From Synechococcus sp. UW140 (lineage in GTDB: Bacteria > Cyanobacteriota > Cyanobacteriia > PCC-6307 > Cyanobiaceae): a stretch of 32,000 nucleotides of DNA. Both the position numbers and the translations under genes were made by a program. The stretch covers positions 121,258-153,257 of the forward strand of contig CALRNH020000005.1 in NCBI GenBank assembly GCA_943369485.1, written 5' to 3'. The notes beneath the pieces were generated by a model. The model searched no databases, was not told the origin of the DNA, and saw nothing but the letters and a program-made list of their open reading frames with translations. This document shows, piece after piece, positions 9,235-17,671 of this stretch (positions are counted from its first letter, which is position 1; every line of letters starts with the position of its first letter).

Positions 9235-10083
9235 TCAGGCCCCCATGGCCGAATAGCGGCGCACCCCAGCGCGCCAGAGCAACAGCACGAACGGCAGCAC
9301 CAGCAGGCTCCAGCCCAGCAGGGCTCCAAAACCGAGCGCCAGATTCACCTCCCGGCCACTGAGCAGCTCGGCCTGAAAGCCGATCATCCAGGGGAAAGGA
9401 GTGGCATAGGCGAAGGCGCGCATGCCCTCGGGGAACGTGTCCAGGGGCGCCACCAGGCCCGAGAGAAACAGATAGGGGATCATCTGCAGGCGCTCCAGGG
9501 CCGCCGCACGCTCGCTCCAGAAGCAGAGCATCGTGATCAGGCTCTGGATCAAAAAGCGCAACAGGAACACCATCAAGGTGGCCAGCACCGCCAGCAGGAA
9601 GGTGGCTGGCGATGGCAACCAGAAGGTGTGGGGCAGCACCAGGAACACCAGGGCCAGGATCACGACCACGAAGGGCAGGCGGGTGGCCTGCTCCGCCAGG
9701 TGCGCGGCCAGGTAGCGCCACAGGGGCGGCAGCGGCTGCAGCAGGTAGGGGGAGAGACGGCCCTGGAGGTTGTCCTCCTCGAAGGCGTGGATCACCCAGA
9801 TGATCGTGAACTGACGCACCACGAAGGCCGCCAGGAAGTAGCGCGTGAGCTGCAGGGGGCTGAAGCCCACATCAGCCGCGGCGCCGGAGCCACTCCAGAC
9901 CCCGAGCATGATCAGCGGCAACACGCCGGAGAGCGCCCAGAGGGCGATCTCGGCGCGGTACTCGATCATCAGCGCGTATTGGCTGGAGAGCAGCACCCGG
10001 GCCAGGCGGATGGCATGGCTGGCGGCGTGAAGGGGCGCGCTGCGGACGGTGCTGTGAACGGCGTGGCGGCGGGATGCTCTCAC
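9235..10083 (-). CDS. ABC-2 type transporter permease (DUF990-like)
   Basis: 282 aa (...YALMIEYRAEIALWALSGVLPLIML...), multi-TM. The GTG start overlaps the VapC stop (GTGA). Confidence 0.75.
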   Translation of the reverse strand: MRASRRHAVHSTVRSAPLHAASHAIRLARVLLSSQYALMIEYRAEIALWALSGVLPLIMLGVWSGSGAAADVGFSPLQLTRYFLAAFVVRQFTIIWVIHAFEEDNLQGRLSPYLLQPLPPLWRYLAAHLAEQATRLPFVVVILALVFLVLPHTFWLPSPATFLLAVLATLMVFLLRFLIQSLITMLCFWSERAAALERLQMIPYLFLSGLVAPLDTFPEGMRAFAYATPFPWMIGFQAELLSGREVNLALGFGALLGWSLLVLPFVLLLWRAGVRRYSAMGA

Positions 10084-10502
10084 TTGGCGGAAGGGTCCTG
10101 GGGACTCTGAACGGGAGGCGCAAGGCTGAGTTGCCGGGCCTGGCGCACGAAGCTCCGATCGAAGCTCAGCAACACGGCACAGCTCCCGCTGCCTTGGTGG
10201 TGCAAGGCATCAGAGAAGTCGAGTCCCTGGCGATGGAGCTCCAAGGCGCCGAGCACCACCTCCTCCTGCTCGAAGCGCAGCTGCCGCACGCTGAGCAACC
10301 CAGCGAAGGCGGCCAGCACGGCTTCCCGGTCGAGCTTGTAGGCACCCCGCAGCACCCACTCCAATTCCAGGGACACCGTGAGGGGAACGAAACAGGCTTC
10401 GCAGGCCTCGATCACCGCCGCCGCGAGGGCGGCCTGGGCGGGGTCGTCGTTGGTGACCAGTCGCACCAGCAGGTTGGTGTCGAGGGCGACGGGAAGCGCC
10501 AT
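10080..10502 (-). CDS. vapC: PIN-domain toxin (VapC family)
   Basis: MALPVALDTNLLVRLVTNDD... has the N-terminal acidic PIN signature, with later conserved acidic positions. It sits immediately downstream of an AbrB-type antitoxin gene. Confidence 0.8.
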   Translation of the reverse strand: MALPVALDTNLLVRLVTNDDPAQAALAAAVIEACEACFVPLTVSLELEWVLRGAYKLDREAVLAAFAGLLSVRQLRFEQEEVVLGALELHRQGLDFSDALHHQGSGSCAVLLSFDRSFVRQARQLSLAPPVQSPQDPSAK

Positions 10503-10784
10503 TCAGAGGCGAACGGCAAAGGCCGCTGGGTCCATGGCTTCGATCGGCAACGTGGGGCCTCGGTAGCCACTGCACCCGATGACCTCCGCGGCCCGGTGGA
10601 TCTTGGGGGCAGATGCAACCTCCAGCCGCAAGCCTTGCCCCTCCAGCGTCAGAGAGAGCCTGGAGCCGGGACCAAGACCCAGCCGGCGGCGCAAGGCAGC
10701 GGGAATCACCAGCTGCCCCTTGGAGGACAGGGTGACCAGGGCGCTCTCCCCGGTGTCGGAATCCTGTGTGGAGAAAACGGCCAC
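10503..10784 (-). CDS. AbrB/MazE/SpoVT-family antitoxin
   Basis: VTLSSKGQLVIPAALRRRLGLGPGSRLSL is a SpoVT-AbrB swapped-hairpin motif. GTG start at 10784. The stop is directly followed by the ATG of the PIN gene. Confidence 0.8.
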   Translation of the reverse strand: MAVFSTQDSDTGESALVTLSSKGQLVIPAALRRRLGLGPGSRLSLTLEGQGLRLEVASAPKIHRAAEVIGCSGYRGPTLPIEAMDPAAFAVRL

Positions 10785-10796
10785 GACGTTGAACGT

Positions 10797-10810
10797 CTTA
10801 CCTGAGTAAG
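10797..10810. promoter_or_regulatory. inverted repeat CTTAC-N4-GTAAG upstream of the AbrB antitoxin (candidate operator)
   Basis: Lies in the only AT-rich patch (gaacgtcttacctgagtaagcatagtcatc) between the ATPase stop and the antitoxin start. On the minus strand it contains a TATGCT -10-like hexamer. Confidence 0.3.
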
Positions 10811-10833
10811 CATAGTCATCGGTGGCCAGATGA

Positions 10834-11817
10834 TCACCCCACCGTTCCCTGGCGAAACAGCCTCCCGATCAGCTCCTCCACCGGCGGTTCGCTCACCTCC
10901 AGATCCACCACATCGAAGCTGGCCAGCAGCCGACCCACGGTGGCCGTGAGGCCCTCACGGGGGATCAGCAGCCGCACCTGGTGCCCCTGGCATTCCTCGA
11001 GGGTGCCGTAGCCGGCGAACGCCTCACGCGGCTGGGGCTGCTTCAACTCCAGGCGCACCTCCCGGTGGGGGGCGAGCCGATTGGTGAGCGCCTCAAGGGG
11101 ACCGTCATGGAACAGGTGGCCCTCGTGGATCAGCAGCACCCGCGGGCAGAGCGCGGTGATGTCTCCCATGTAGTGGCTGGTGAGCAGCACCGTGGCGCCC
11201 GTGCGGCGGTTGTAGTCGGCGAGGAAATCACGCACCCGGACCTGGGCGTTGACATCCAGCCCCAGGGTGGGTTCATCGAGGAACAACACGGCGGGCTGAT
11301 GCAGCAGGGCGGCCATGAGCTCGGCCTTCATGCGCTCACCCAGGGAAAGCTTGCGCACCGGCCGCGTCAGTTCACTGCCCAGTTCGAGCATCTCTGCCAG
11401 CTCGTCGATGCGTCGTCTGGCCACGCCGTCGGGGATGCCGTAGACGGCCGCATTGACCCGCAGCGAATCGAGCGGCGGCAGGTCCCAGATCAGCTGCTGC
11501 TTCTGGCCCATCACCAGGGTGATCTGCTTGAGAAAGGCGCCCTGGCGCCGGGCGGGCTCGTAGCCGGCCACCCGCACCGTGCCGCCGGTGGGGTGGATCA
11601 GACCGGAGAGCATCTTGAGGGTGGTGGTCTTGCCGGCGCCATTGGGCCCCAGGAAACCCACCACCTCCCCCGGTTCGACCTGGAAGCTCACCCCCGTGAC
11701 CGCCGGCACATCGCGGTGGCGACGGGCCACGAAATGGCGCAGTGTGCCGCGCAGACCTGGCTGCTTGTCGGCGACCCTGTAGGTCTTCGAGAGGTTGTCG
11801 GCGCTGATGATCGGCAT
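10834..11817 (-). CDS. ABC transporter ATP-binding protein
   Basis: Walker A GPNGAGKTT, signature LSLGERMK, Walker B VLFLDEPTLGLD, and H-loop TSHYM. Confidence 0.9.
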   Translation of the reverse strand: MPIISADNLSKTYRVADKQPGLRGTLRHFVARRHRDVPAVTGVSFQVEPGEVVGFLGPNGAGKTTTLKMLSGLIHPTGGTVRVAGYEPARRQGAFLKQITLVMGQKQQLIWDLPPLDSLRVNAAVYGIPDGVARRRIDELAEMLELGSELTRPVRKLSLGERMKAELMAALLHQPAVLFLDEPTLGLDVNAQVRVRDFLADYNRRTGATVLLTSHYMGDITALCPRVLLIHEGHLFHDGPLEALTNRLAPHREVRLELKQPQPREAFAGYGTLEECQGHQVRLLIPREGLTATVGRLLASFDVVDLEVSEPPVEELIGRLFRQGTVG

Positions 11818-11824
11818 AGGGGTG

Positions 11825-12130
11825 CTAACGCCTGATCACCAGGGATGTCAGACCCAGTTTCACCAGCCGATGCTGGCTGAAGGGCAGCGCCGTTCGTTCG
11901 CTGGGAACCGACGGCCACGTCTGAGCCCAATCGCCGATCAGATCAGAGGCCGGAACGTCTGACCTCATGCTGTCCAGGATCCTTTCGTGATGATTCGCGA
12001 TCGCAGCCATCTCCCAATCGCTGCTGCGATTGCCATCGGCAAGCTCCCTTGAATGAATCGAATCGAGCGAGCTGTGGCACAGACCTCGACTCAGCAAACA
12101 CGCCAACGGGGCCTCCATCAGCAGCCTCAC
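11825..12130 (-). CDS. DUF5615-like (PIN-like) putative toxin, divergent
   Basis: By eye, MRLLMEAPLACLLSRGL...SSDWEMAAIANHHERILDSMRSD aligns to the DUF5615 pattern MKLLLDENLP...SDEEIL.LA..EGRVLVTLDKD. 4-nt overlap with the upstream DUF433 gene. The first acidic position is E rather than D. Confidence 0.5.
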   Translation of the reverse strand: MRLLMEAPLACLLSRGLCHSSLDSIHSRELADGNRSSDWEMAAIANHHERILDSMRSDVPASDLIGDWAQTWPSVPSERTALPFSQHRLVKLGLTSLVIRR

Positions 12131-12360
12131 GCCGGAAGCTGGTCCAGCCGTTGAACGGGGGCGAGGTCAGCGACGTCGGGGAGCAGGGCGCGGAGGCGGT
12201 TGGGCTCCGGATCGGGATCGTCCGCCAGGATCTCCTCGGTGCCCAAGCCGGAAGCGAGCCAAGCCAAGGCCAGCTTCACCGGATCGCACAGGCCGTGAAT
12301 CGCCGCCTTGCCATCGAAGATCAAGGGGTCGGTGGTGATGCGGTCGTAGGTGGAAGGCAT
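12127..12360 (-). CDS. DUF433-domain protein (putative antitoxin)
   Basis: ITTDPLIFDGKAAIHGLCDPVKLALAWLASGLGTEEILADDPDPEPNRLRALL matches the DUF433 pattern (P.I.G.R..v..vl..l..G.s.eeIl..yP.l....i.aal). Confidence 0.65.
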   Translation of the reverse strand: MPSTYDRITTDPLIFDGKAAIHGLCDPVKLALAWLASGLGTEEILADDPDPEPNRLRALLPDVADLAPVQRLDQLPA

Positions 12361-12453
12361 CGGAGCTGCGCTCAGCCGAAACCCACCCTAAACAGCGCGG
12401 CGCCTTCAAGGCCGCCCATCGCCCCGGCAGCCTGCCCCCCTAGCGTTCAGGCC

Positions 12454-13746
12454 ATGCAGCCGCGGAGGGTGCCTGTGGGCTGTGCCCGGCGACTGATCAA
12501 GGGGTCGATGCATTCGGGTGCCCGTGGCAGTTTCAGCGCCAGGCTGCCGATCGTCGTCAGAGTCGTGGTTGGCGGTTCACTGCTGATCCAGGTCCTCTCC
12601 GCTGCGGTGGCCCGGGCCCAACCCCTGCCCCCGCCGCCCGTGACCGCCGCGCCAGCACCGGCGGCACCATCAGCACTGCCGGCTGCCGAGATCCGCGGCG
12701 TCTGGTTGACCAGCAACGACATGGCCGTGCTGCGGGACCAGGGCCGCCTGCAGGCGACCATCGACCAGCTCAGCGCGCTCAACTTCAACACCCTCTACCC
12801 GGTGGTCTGGAACAGCGGCTTCGCCTACTACCCCAGCGCCGTCACGCGCCGGCGCGGGACTCAATCGTTCACCTACCTCGGCCTCCAGGGCCAGGACCTG
12901 CTGGCCGACATCAGTGCCCGCGCCCGCCAACGCGGCCTGCTGGTGATCCCATGGTTCGAATTCGGCTTCATGGCGCCGCCGAGCTCCGAGCTGGTGGCGT
13001 TGAACCCGCAATGGCTCACGCGCAAGCGCGATGGCGGCACCACCTCGATCACAGCGGCGGGGGAGGTGGTCTGGCTCAACCCCTTCCACCCCGACGTGCA
13101 GGCGTTCATCACGGAGCTGGTGCTGGAGATCATCGGCAACTACGACGTCGACGGGATCCAGTTCGACGACCACATGGTGCTGCCGAGTGCGTTCGGCTAT
13201 GACCCGTTCACCGTGGCGCTCTACCGCAAGGAGACCAAGAAAGATCCCCCCGCCAACCACCAGGACCCGGTCTGGGTGAAGTGGCGCGCAGCCAAAATCA
13301 CAGCCTTCATGACGCGGCTGGCCCAGGCGGTGCGGGAGCGCAAACCCAACGCGATCATCTCCATCTCCCCCAACTACTACGACCACGCCTACCGCCTGCA
13401 GCTTCAGGACTGGCTCACCTGGATGCGGCGCCGGATCGTCGACGAGGTGATCGTTCAGCTCTACCGACCCGACCTGGCCAGTTTCGTGAGCCAGCTGGAG
13501 CGTCCCGAACTGGCGGAAAGCCAGAAGCTGATCCCCACGGCGATCGGGATCATGGCCGGCCAGCGCAGCAGCCCCGTGCCCCTGGAGCGGATTGAGTCGC
13601 AGACCCTTGCCGCCCGCCAGCGGGGCATCGGAGCGGTGTTCTTCTACCTCGAATCGCTCTGGCGCCTGGCCCCCGAGCCCGCCCAGGTGCGCTTGGATGG
13701 CTTTGCGGCCCTGTTCCCGACTCCCGCACCACGCCGGCAGCCATGA
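12454..13746 (+). CDS. glycoside hydrolase family 10-like (GHL10/DUF187) exported protein
   Basis: After a signal-like N terminus: IRGVWLTSNDMAVLRDQGRLQATIDQLSALNFNTLYPVVWNSGFAYYPS...VIPWFEFGF...GIQFDDH. The long N-terminal extension of the ORF (from 12049) overlaps opposite-strand genes and is rejected. Confidence 0.75.
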   Translation: MQPRRVPVGCARRLIKGSMHSGARGSFSARLPIVVRVVVGGSLLIQVLSAAVARAQPLPPPPVTAAPAPAAPSALPAAEIRGVWLTSNDMAVLRDQGRLQATIDQLSALNFNTLYPVVWNSGFAYYPSAVTRRRGTQSFTYLGLQGQDLLADISARARQRGLLVIPWFEFGFMAPPSSELVALNPQWLTRKRDGGTTSITAAGEVVWLNPFHPDVQAFITELVLEIIGNYDVDGIQFDDHMVLPSAFGYDPFTVALYRKETKKDPPANHQDPVWVKWRAAKITAFMTRLAQAVRERKPNAIISISPNYYDHAYRLQLQDWLTWMRRRIVDEVIVQLYRPDLASFVSQLERPELAESQKLIPTAIGIMAGQRSSPVPLERIESQTLAARQRGIGAVFFYLESLWRLAPEPAQVRLDGFAALFPTPAPRRQP

Positions 13747-14300
13747 CCTCTCCGAGCAATGAGCCGTTGCCCACCGGTCTGCTCCCTTCGGGTCCGCAGA
13801 GCACCGAGGCGGCCCTGGCCCTGTTCGATCGACTGGAGCCGGTGGCGGAGGAAAGCCTGATCGGCGCCTGGAGGGGCAGCAGCTATGCCAGCGGCCATCC
13901 CTTCGATGGGCTGCTGGAGAATTGCCACTGGCACGGCAAGCGCTTCGAAAGCCGCGAAGACGTGCATCCGCTGGTGTTCCGCAGCGCCAGCGGAGCGCTG
14001 ATCAGCGTGGAACCGCGGCTGGTGATGCCGGGCCTGGGCTGGCTGGAGCGGTTGCCGTGGCTGGGAGCGCCCTGGGTGGGGCGCCTTTTCCAGGCGCTGG
14101 TGCCGTTGCTGGCCACGCGGCAGTCGCGGGCCCGCCTGCGAAGCATGCGCCACCGGGGGGTGGAGTCGGCCACGATGCTCTACGACCACGCTCCGATCAA
14201 CGACGTCTTCCGCCGCGTCGACGACGACACATTGCTGGGGCTGATGGACCTCAAGGGCCAGGAGCGGCCGTTCTTCTTCCTGTTGCGGCGGGAGCCCTGA
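13743..14300 (+). CDS. GXWXG/DUF4334 domain protein
   Basis: IGAWRGSSYASGHPFDGLLENCHWHGKRF...VHPLVF. ATGA overlap with the GHL10 gene. Confidence 0.7.
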   Translation: MTSPSNEPLPTGLLPSGPQSTEAALALFDRLEPVAEESLIGAWRGSSYASGHPFDGLLENCHWHGKRFESREDVHPLVFRSASGALISVEPRLVMPGLGWLERLPWLGAPWVGRLFQALVPLLATRQSRARLRSMRHRGVESATMLYDHAPINDVFRRVDDDTLLGLMDLKGQERPFFFLLRREP

Positions 14301-14318
14301 ACGGGGCCCCGTTCAGGG
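14295..14318. terminator. 24-bp perfect palindrome, candidate bidirectional terminator
   Basis: CCCTGAACGGGG/CCCCGTTCAGGG. Both convergent stop codons (TGA 14298-14300 and the complement of tca 14313-14315) lie inside the stem. Confidence 0.5.
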
Positions 14319-14522
14319 CGGCCCCAGGTAGGTGAAGCGTGGCACCGTCGCTCCCTGGTGCTGCACCGATTCCTCGAACATCACCAGGGGTCGCACCCAG
14401 ACGTCGCCCTCGCGGTCGATGGACCGGTAGATCACCATGTCTTCGAGGGTTTCGGAATGTCGAGCAAAACCCACAACGCTGTAATGGCCTCCCTTGAAGT
14501 GACGGTAGTGGCCAAGTTCCAT
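14313..14522 (-). CDS. DUF1653 domain protein
   Basis: YRHFKGGHYSVVGFARHSETLEDMVIYRS...VWVRPLVMF matches the DUF1653 pattern. Confidence 0.7.
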   Translation of the reverse strand: MELGHYRHFKGGHYSVVGFARHSETLEDMVIYRSIDREGDVWVRPLVMFEESVQHQGATVPRFTYLGPP

Positions 14523-14528
14523 GGAGGC

Positions 14529-15266
14529 TCAGGCTGTTGGCGCTGAGACGGTGGCCGCGGCGAAGCGCCGGTTCACTTCGTTCCAGTTGATCAGGGACCA
14601 CCAGGCGCTGATGTAATCGGGGCGGCGGTTCTGGTACTTGAGGTAATAGGCATGCTCCCAGACATCGAGCCCGATCAGGGGGAGGCCCCGCTCAAGGCCC
14701 GGCAGGTCCATCAGGGGATTGTCCTGGTTGGCGGTGCTGGTGATCGCCAGCTGGCCATCGGGCTTGCGGATCAGCCAGGCCCAGCCTGAGCCGAAGCGGC
14801 TGGCGGCCGTCTGGTTGAACTGCTGCTGCAGGGCGTCGAGGCTACCGAAGCTCGCAGCGATGGCCTGCTGGAGTTCAGGCGATGGCGCACCGCCCTGGCC
14901 CGCCGGTGCCATCACCGCCCAGAACTGGCTGTGGTTCCAGTGGCCACCGCCGTTGTTGCGCACCGCAGCAGGGAAGCGCGCCACCTGGGCCTGCAACGCC
15001 TCCAGCGACAGATCGCGGAGGCCCGGATTCGCGGCGATCTGGGCATTGAGGTTGCTCACGTAGGCGGCGTGATGGCGATCGTGGTGGATCGTCATCGTGG
15101 TGGCATCGATGGCGGGCTCCAGTGCCCCGGCTGGGTAGGGCAGGGGCGGCAGCTCGAAGGCCGCCTGGGCCGGGAAGGCGGCACCCAGCAGCAGCAAGGA
15201 GAAAAGCGAGGCCAGCAGGGCCCGCCGAAGCCAGAGGAAGCGCACGATGGGGCCCAAGCCGTTCAC
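14529..15266 (-). CDS. sodA: Mn-type superoxide dismutase with N-terminal signal/anchor
   Basis: IHHDRHHAAYV, NNGGGHWNHSQFW, FGSGWAWL, STANQDNPLM and DVWEHAYYL; the GGH and ANQD contexts match the MnSOD rather than the FeSOD pattern. N terminus VNGLGPIVRFLWLRRALLASLFSLLLLGAAFPAQA/AFELPP. The GTG start is chosen because it forms a GTGA overlap with the upstream gene stop; an alternative TTG is at 15257. Confidence 0.9.
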   Translation of the reverse strand: MNGLGPIVRFLWLRRALLASLFSLLLLGAAFPAQAAFELPPLPYPAGALEPAIDATTMTIHHDRHHAAYVSNLNAQIAANPGLRDLSLEALQAQVARFPAAVRNNGGGHWNHSQFWAVMAPAGQGGAPSPELQQAIAASFGSLDALQQQFNQTAASRFGSGWAWLIRKPDGQLAITSTANQDNPLMDLPGLERGLPLIGLDVWEHAYYLKYQNRRPDYISAWWSLINWNEVNRRFAAATVSAPTA

Positions 15267-15778
15267 TCCGGTTCTAGCGGGGTGGGGCTGCCGGGGTGAT
15301 CCCGGCAGATGTGGCCGTTGCGCCAGCTCCAGAGCCAGGGCGGCACCTGCAGCAGCTGTTGCAGATCGGGTCGCTCCCGGAGGCTCACCGGAATGAACTC
15401 GGTGGCGTAACTGAAGGCGGCATCCCGCTGGGCCTGGTTGAGCACCACGCTCCCTTGGGGCCCCGACACCGAGCGGTGCAGGGTACCGATCGGAATCTCC
15501 AGGGCCCCCATCGCCCGCTCCAGCTCCACCACATGGTGGGGCTGGTCCCACTCAGGATTGAGCAGGATGAAGCGGCGATGGCCGCTCAGCACCAGGTTGT
15601 GATCCACCTGGTGCCCATGCTGATAGAACTGCTCAAACCCGTCGTCATCGGGCGGCGAGATGGCGGCGCCGCTGTGCAGCACCACATCGGTGCCATTGGC
15701 GTGGGGCACGCTGGCATCGAAGAAGGTCACCAGCGGCGTTTCCCGGAACACGTGGATCGGAACGAAGCGGAGCTTCAT
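15263..15778 (-). CDS. hypothetical protein, His-rich (QHGHQVDH), possibly a beta-barrel/cupin-like fold
   Basis: 171 aa from ATG 15778 (MKLRFVPIHVF...). The stop overlaps the SOD GTG start. Fold assignment is a guess. Confidence 0.55.
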   Translation of the reverse strand: MKLRFVPIHVFRETPLVTFFDASVPHANGTDVVLHSGAAISPPDDDGFEQFYQHGHQVDHNLVLSGHRRFILLNPEWDQPHHVVELERAMGALEIPIGTLHRSVSGPQGSVVLNQAQRDAAFSYATEFIPVSLRERPDLQQLLQVPPWLWSWRNGHICRDHPGSPTPLEPE

Positions 15779-15836
15779 GGCCCTGACCGGCGGCTCTTCC
15801 ACAGTTAGCCCCGCCTGGACGCTGGCGCATCAGGGC

Positions 15837-16055
15837 TCAGTAGGAGCTTTCCTCGCCCAGCAGCGCATCGATGCAGCCGCGGGCCGCCTCCAGGGCCGAC
15901 TCGGGGCTGGGCCAGGGGCCCTGGCTCAGCTGACAATGAAGATCCACATCGGCCACATGCCCGGCAGGATCGCCGATGTGCACATCCCAGCCGCCCTCAA
16001 GAGGCCGCAGGCTGAGGGCATAACCACGGTGATGAAGGGCCTTGGTGTGGTCCAT
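15837..16055 (-). CDS. hypothetical small protein
   Basis: 72-aa ORF with ATG start, non-overlapping placement and no recognised motif. Confidence 0.35.
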   Translation of the reverse strand: MDHTKALHHRGYALSLRPLEGGWDVHIGDPAGHVADVDLHCQLSQGPWPSPESALEAARGCIDALLGEESSY

Positions 16056-16110
16056 CGCAGGGGCGTCAAGCTACATCAATCCTGGCTCAACTTCAGGGGT
16101 TCAGCGCCGA

Positions 16111-16971
16111 TCAGGCCGCCGGCAGCACCTGGCGGTAGCCCCCGGCGGACACCACCTGCAAGGGCGTGTGGAACAGCGCGCTCAAGGGAGCGTCCCGCAG
16201 CAGCTCATCGGCGGGGCCATCGCCCACCACGGCCCCCCGGTTCAGCAGCACGCAGCGGCTGATTTCGGGGATGATCGCCTCGATCTGGTGGGTCACCAGC
16301 AGCAGGGTGGTCCCGGAGCGGGCCAGATCGCGCAGGATGTCCAGCAGCTGGTGGCGGGAGCGCAGGTCGAGGCCATTGGTGGGTTCATCCAGCACCAGCA
16401 CCTCGGGATCGTGCACCAGGGCCCGGGCCAGCAGCAGCCGGCGCTTCTGACCATCGGAGAGCTGGGCCAACGGGCGCTCGGCCAGATCCAACAGGGCCAG
16501 CTGGGCCATCAGCTCCCGCACCCGCTCGCGCTGGGGGTCTGTGGGCTGCTGGCTGCGGCCGATTCCCACCGAGCCGAAAAAGCCCGATAGCACCACGTCG
16601 AAGGCGCGCACGCGTCCTATGTAGCCGATCTGCAGATCCGTGGAGACGAGGCCGAGGCGCGCGCGCAGGTCCCAGAGGTTCACGGTTTCGCTGCCGAAGA
16701 TCCGCAGCGCCGAACCGGGCTTGACCAGCGGGTAGAGCTCGCGGCTGAGCAGTTTGATCAGGGCACTTTTGCCGGCCCCATTGGGGCCGAGCACCACGGT
16801 GTGCTCACCCAGTTGCAGGCGCAGGTTGAGGTTCTCGAACACAAGGCGTGGGCCGAGGTAGGCGTCCACGGCCTGGAGCTCGAAGTAGGGGCTGGAGGAC
16901 GTCAAAACCGGGGGTGGGCTGAAGGGAAGCCTATGGGGCGAGGCTTCGGCCGCCATCAGAGGCGCTACCAT
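16111..16971 (-). CDS. ABC ATPase, ModF/COG1119-like, no adjacent permease
   Basis: Walker A GPNGAGKSA, signature LSDGQKRR, Walker B VLVLDEPTNGLD, and H-loop VTHQ. The N-terminal start is uncertain. Confidence 0.85.
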   Translation of the reverse strand: MVAPLMAAEASPHRLPFSPPPVLTSSSPYFELQAVDAYLGPRLVFENLNLRLQLGEHTVVLGPNGAGKSALIKLLSRELYPLVKPGSALRIFGSETVNLWDLRARLGLVSTDLQIGYIGRVRAFDVVLSGFFGSVGIGRSQQPTDPQRERVRELMAQLALLDLAERPLAQLSDGQKRRLLLARALVHDPEVLVLDEPTNGLDLRSRHQLLDILRDLARSGTTLLLVTHQIEAIIPEISRCVLLNRGAVVGDGPADELLRDAPLSALFHTPLQVVSAGGYRQVLPAA

Positions 16972-16991
16972 CTGACCATCAGGTCATCGAG

Positions 16992-17234
16992 GTGGTTGTG
17001 GCGACGCGATCGGTGGCGGTGGTGGAAGCCAAGTCCCAGTTCTCGGCCCTGCTGGCCGAGGTGGAGGCCGGCGCGGAGGTGCGGATCACGCGCCGCGGAC
17101 GCACCGTGGCCCGGTTGGTGCCGGAGCCGGCCCGCCTGGCCTCGGACCTGTTCGAACCGTTCTGGAGCGAAGCCCCACCCGAGCTGGAGGAACTGCTGGA
17201 CCCCCCTGCGGACCCGGTGGGCATGCTGGATTGA
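16992..17234 (+). CDS. Phd/YefM-type antitoxin
   Basis: VAVVEAKSQFSALLAEVEAGAEVRITRRGRTVARLVP is the typical Phd/YefM N-terminal domain. GTG start. Followed 3 nt later by a PIN gene. Confidence 0.8.
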   Translation: MVVATRSVAVVEAKSQFSALLAEVEAGAEVRITRRGRTVARLVPEPARLASDLFEPFWSEAPPELEELLDPPADPVGMLD

Positions 17235-17237
17235 TCG

Positions 17238-17636
17238 GTGGCGTTTCTGCTCGACACCAACATCCTGATCGCCGCCATCAAGGGCCACCCAGCCGTGGCG
17301 GAACGGCTGCGCAGCTTGGAGGCATCCCAGCTGTTGCTGTCATCGGTGGTGCTGGGAGAACTGGAGACCGGTGTGCTCAAGAGCGCCTGGCCGGCGCGCA
17401 ACCGTGAGCAGCTGGAAAGAGTGGTGAATCAGCTGGAACTGATCTCCGTGGATGGGGCCGTGGCCAAGGCCTATGGACGGATCAGCGCAGCGTTAGAGCA
17501 GCAGGGAACACCGATCGGGGCCAATGATCTCTGGATCGCGGCCCAGGCCCTGGTCAGTGGAGCCGTTCTGGTGACGGCCAACCTGCGCGAGTTCGAGCGG
17601 GTGGAGGGGCTGAGCTTGGACAACTGGTTGGCGTAG
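17238..17636 (+). CDS. vapC: PIN-domain toxin (VapC family)
   Basis: FLLDTNILIAAIKG...VVLGELETG...GANDLWIAAQAL...LVTANLREFERV carries the four conserved PIN acidic positions. GTG start. Confidence 0.85.
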   Translation: MAFLLDTNILIAAIKGHPAVAERLRSLEASQLLLSSVVLGELETGVLKSAWPARNREQLERVVNQLELISVDGAVAKAYGRISAALEQQGTPIGANDLWIAAQALVSGAVLVTANLREFERVEGLSLDNWLA

Positions 17637-17671
17637 GCGGACCATTGGGTGCGGCCGATGGAACCGACCCC

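Noticed and set aside
12945-12975. The tRNA T-arm-like string GGTTCGAATTC.
   Set aside because: It lies in-frame inside the GHL10 coding sequence (PWFEFGF), and no acceptor or anticodon arms can be drawn around it. I recognised no tRNA, rRNA, tmRNA or RNase P signatures anywhere in the window.
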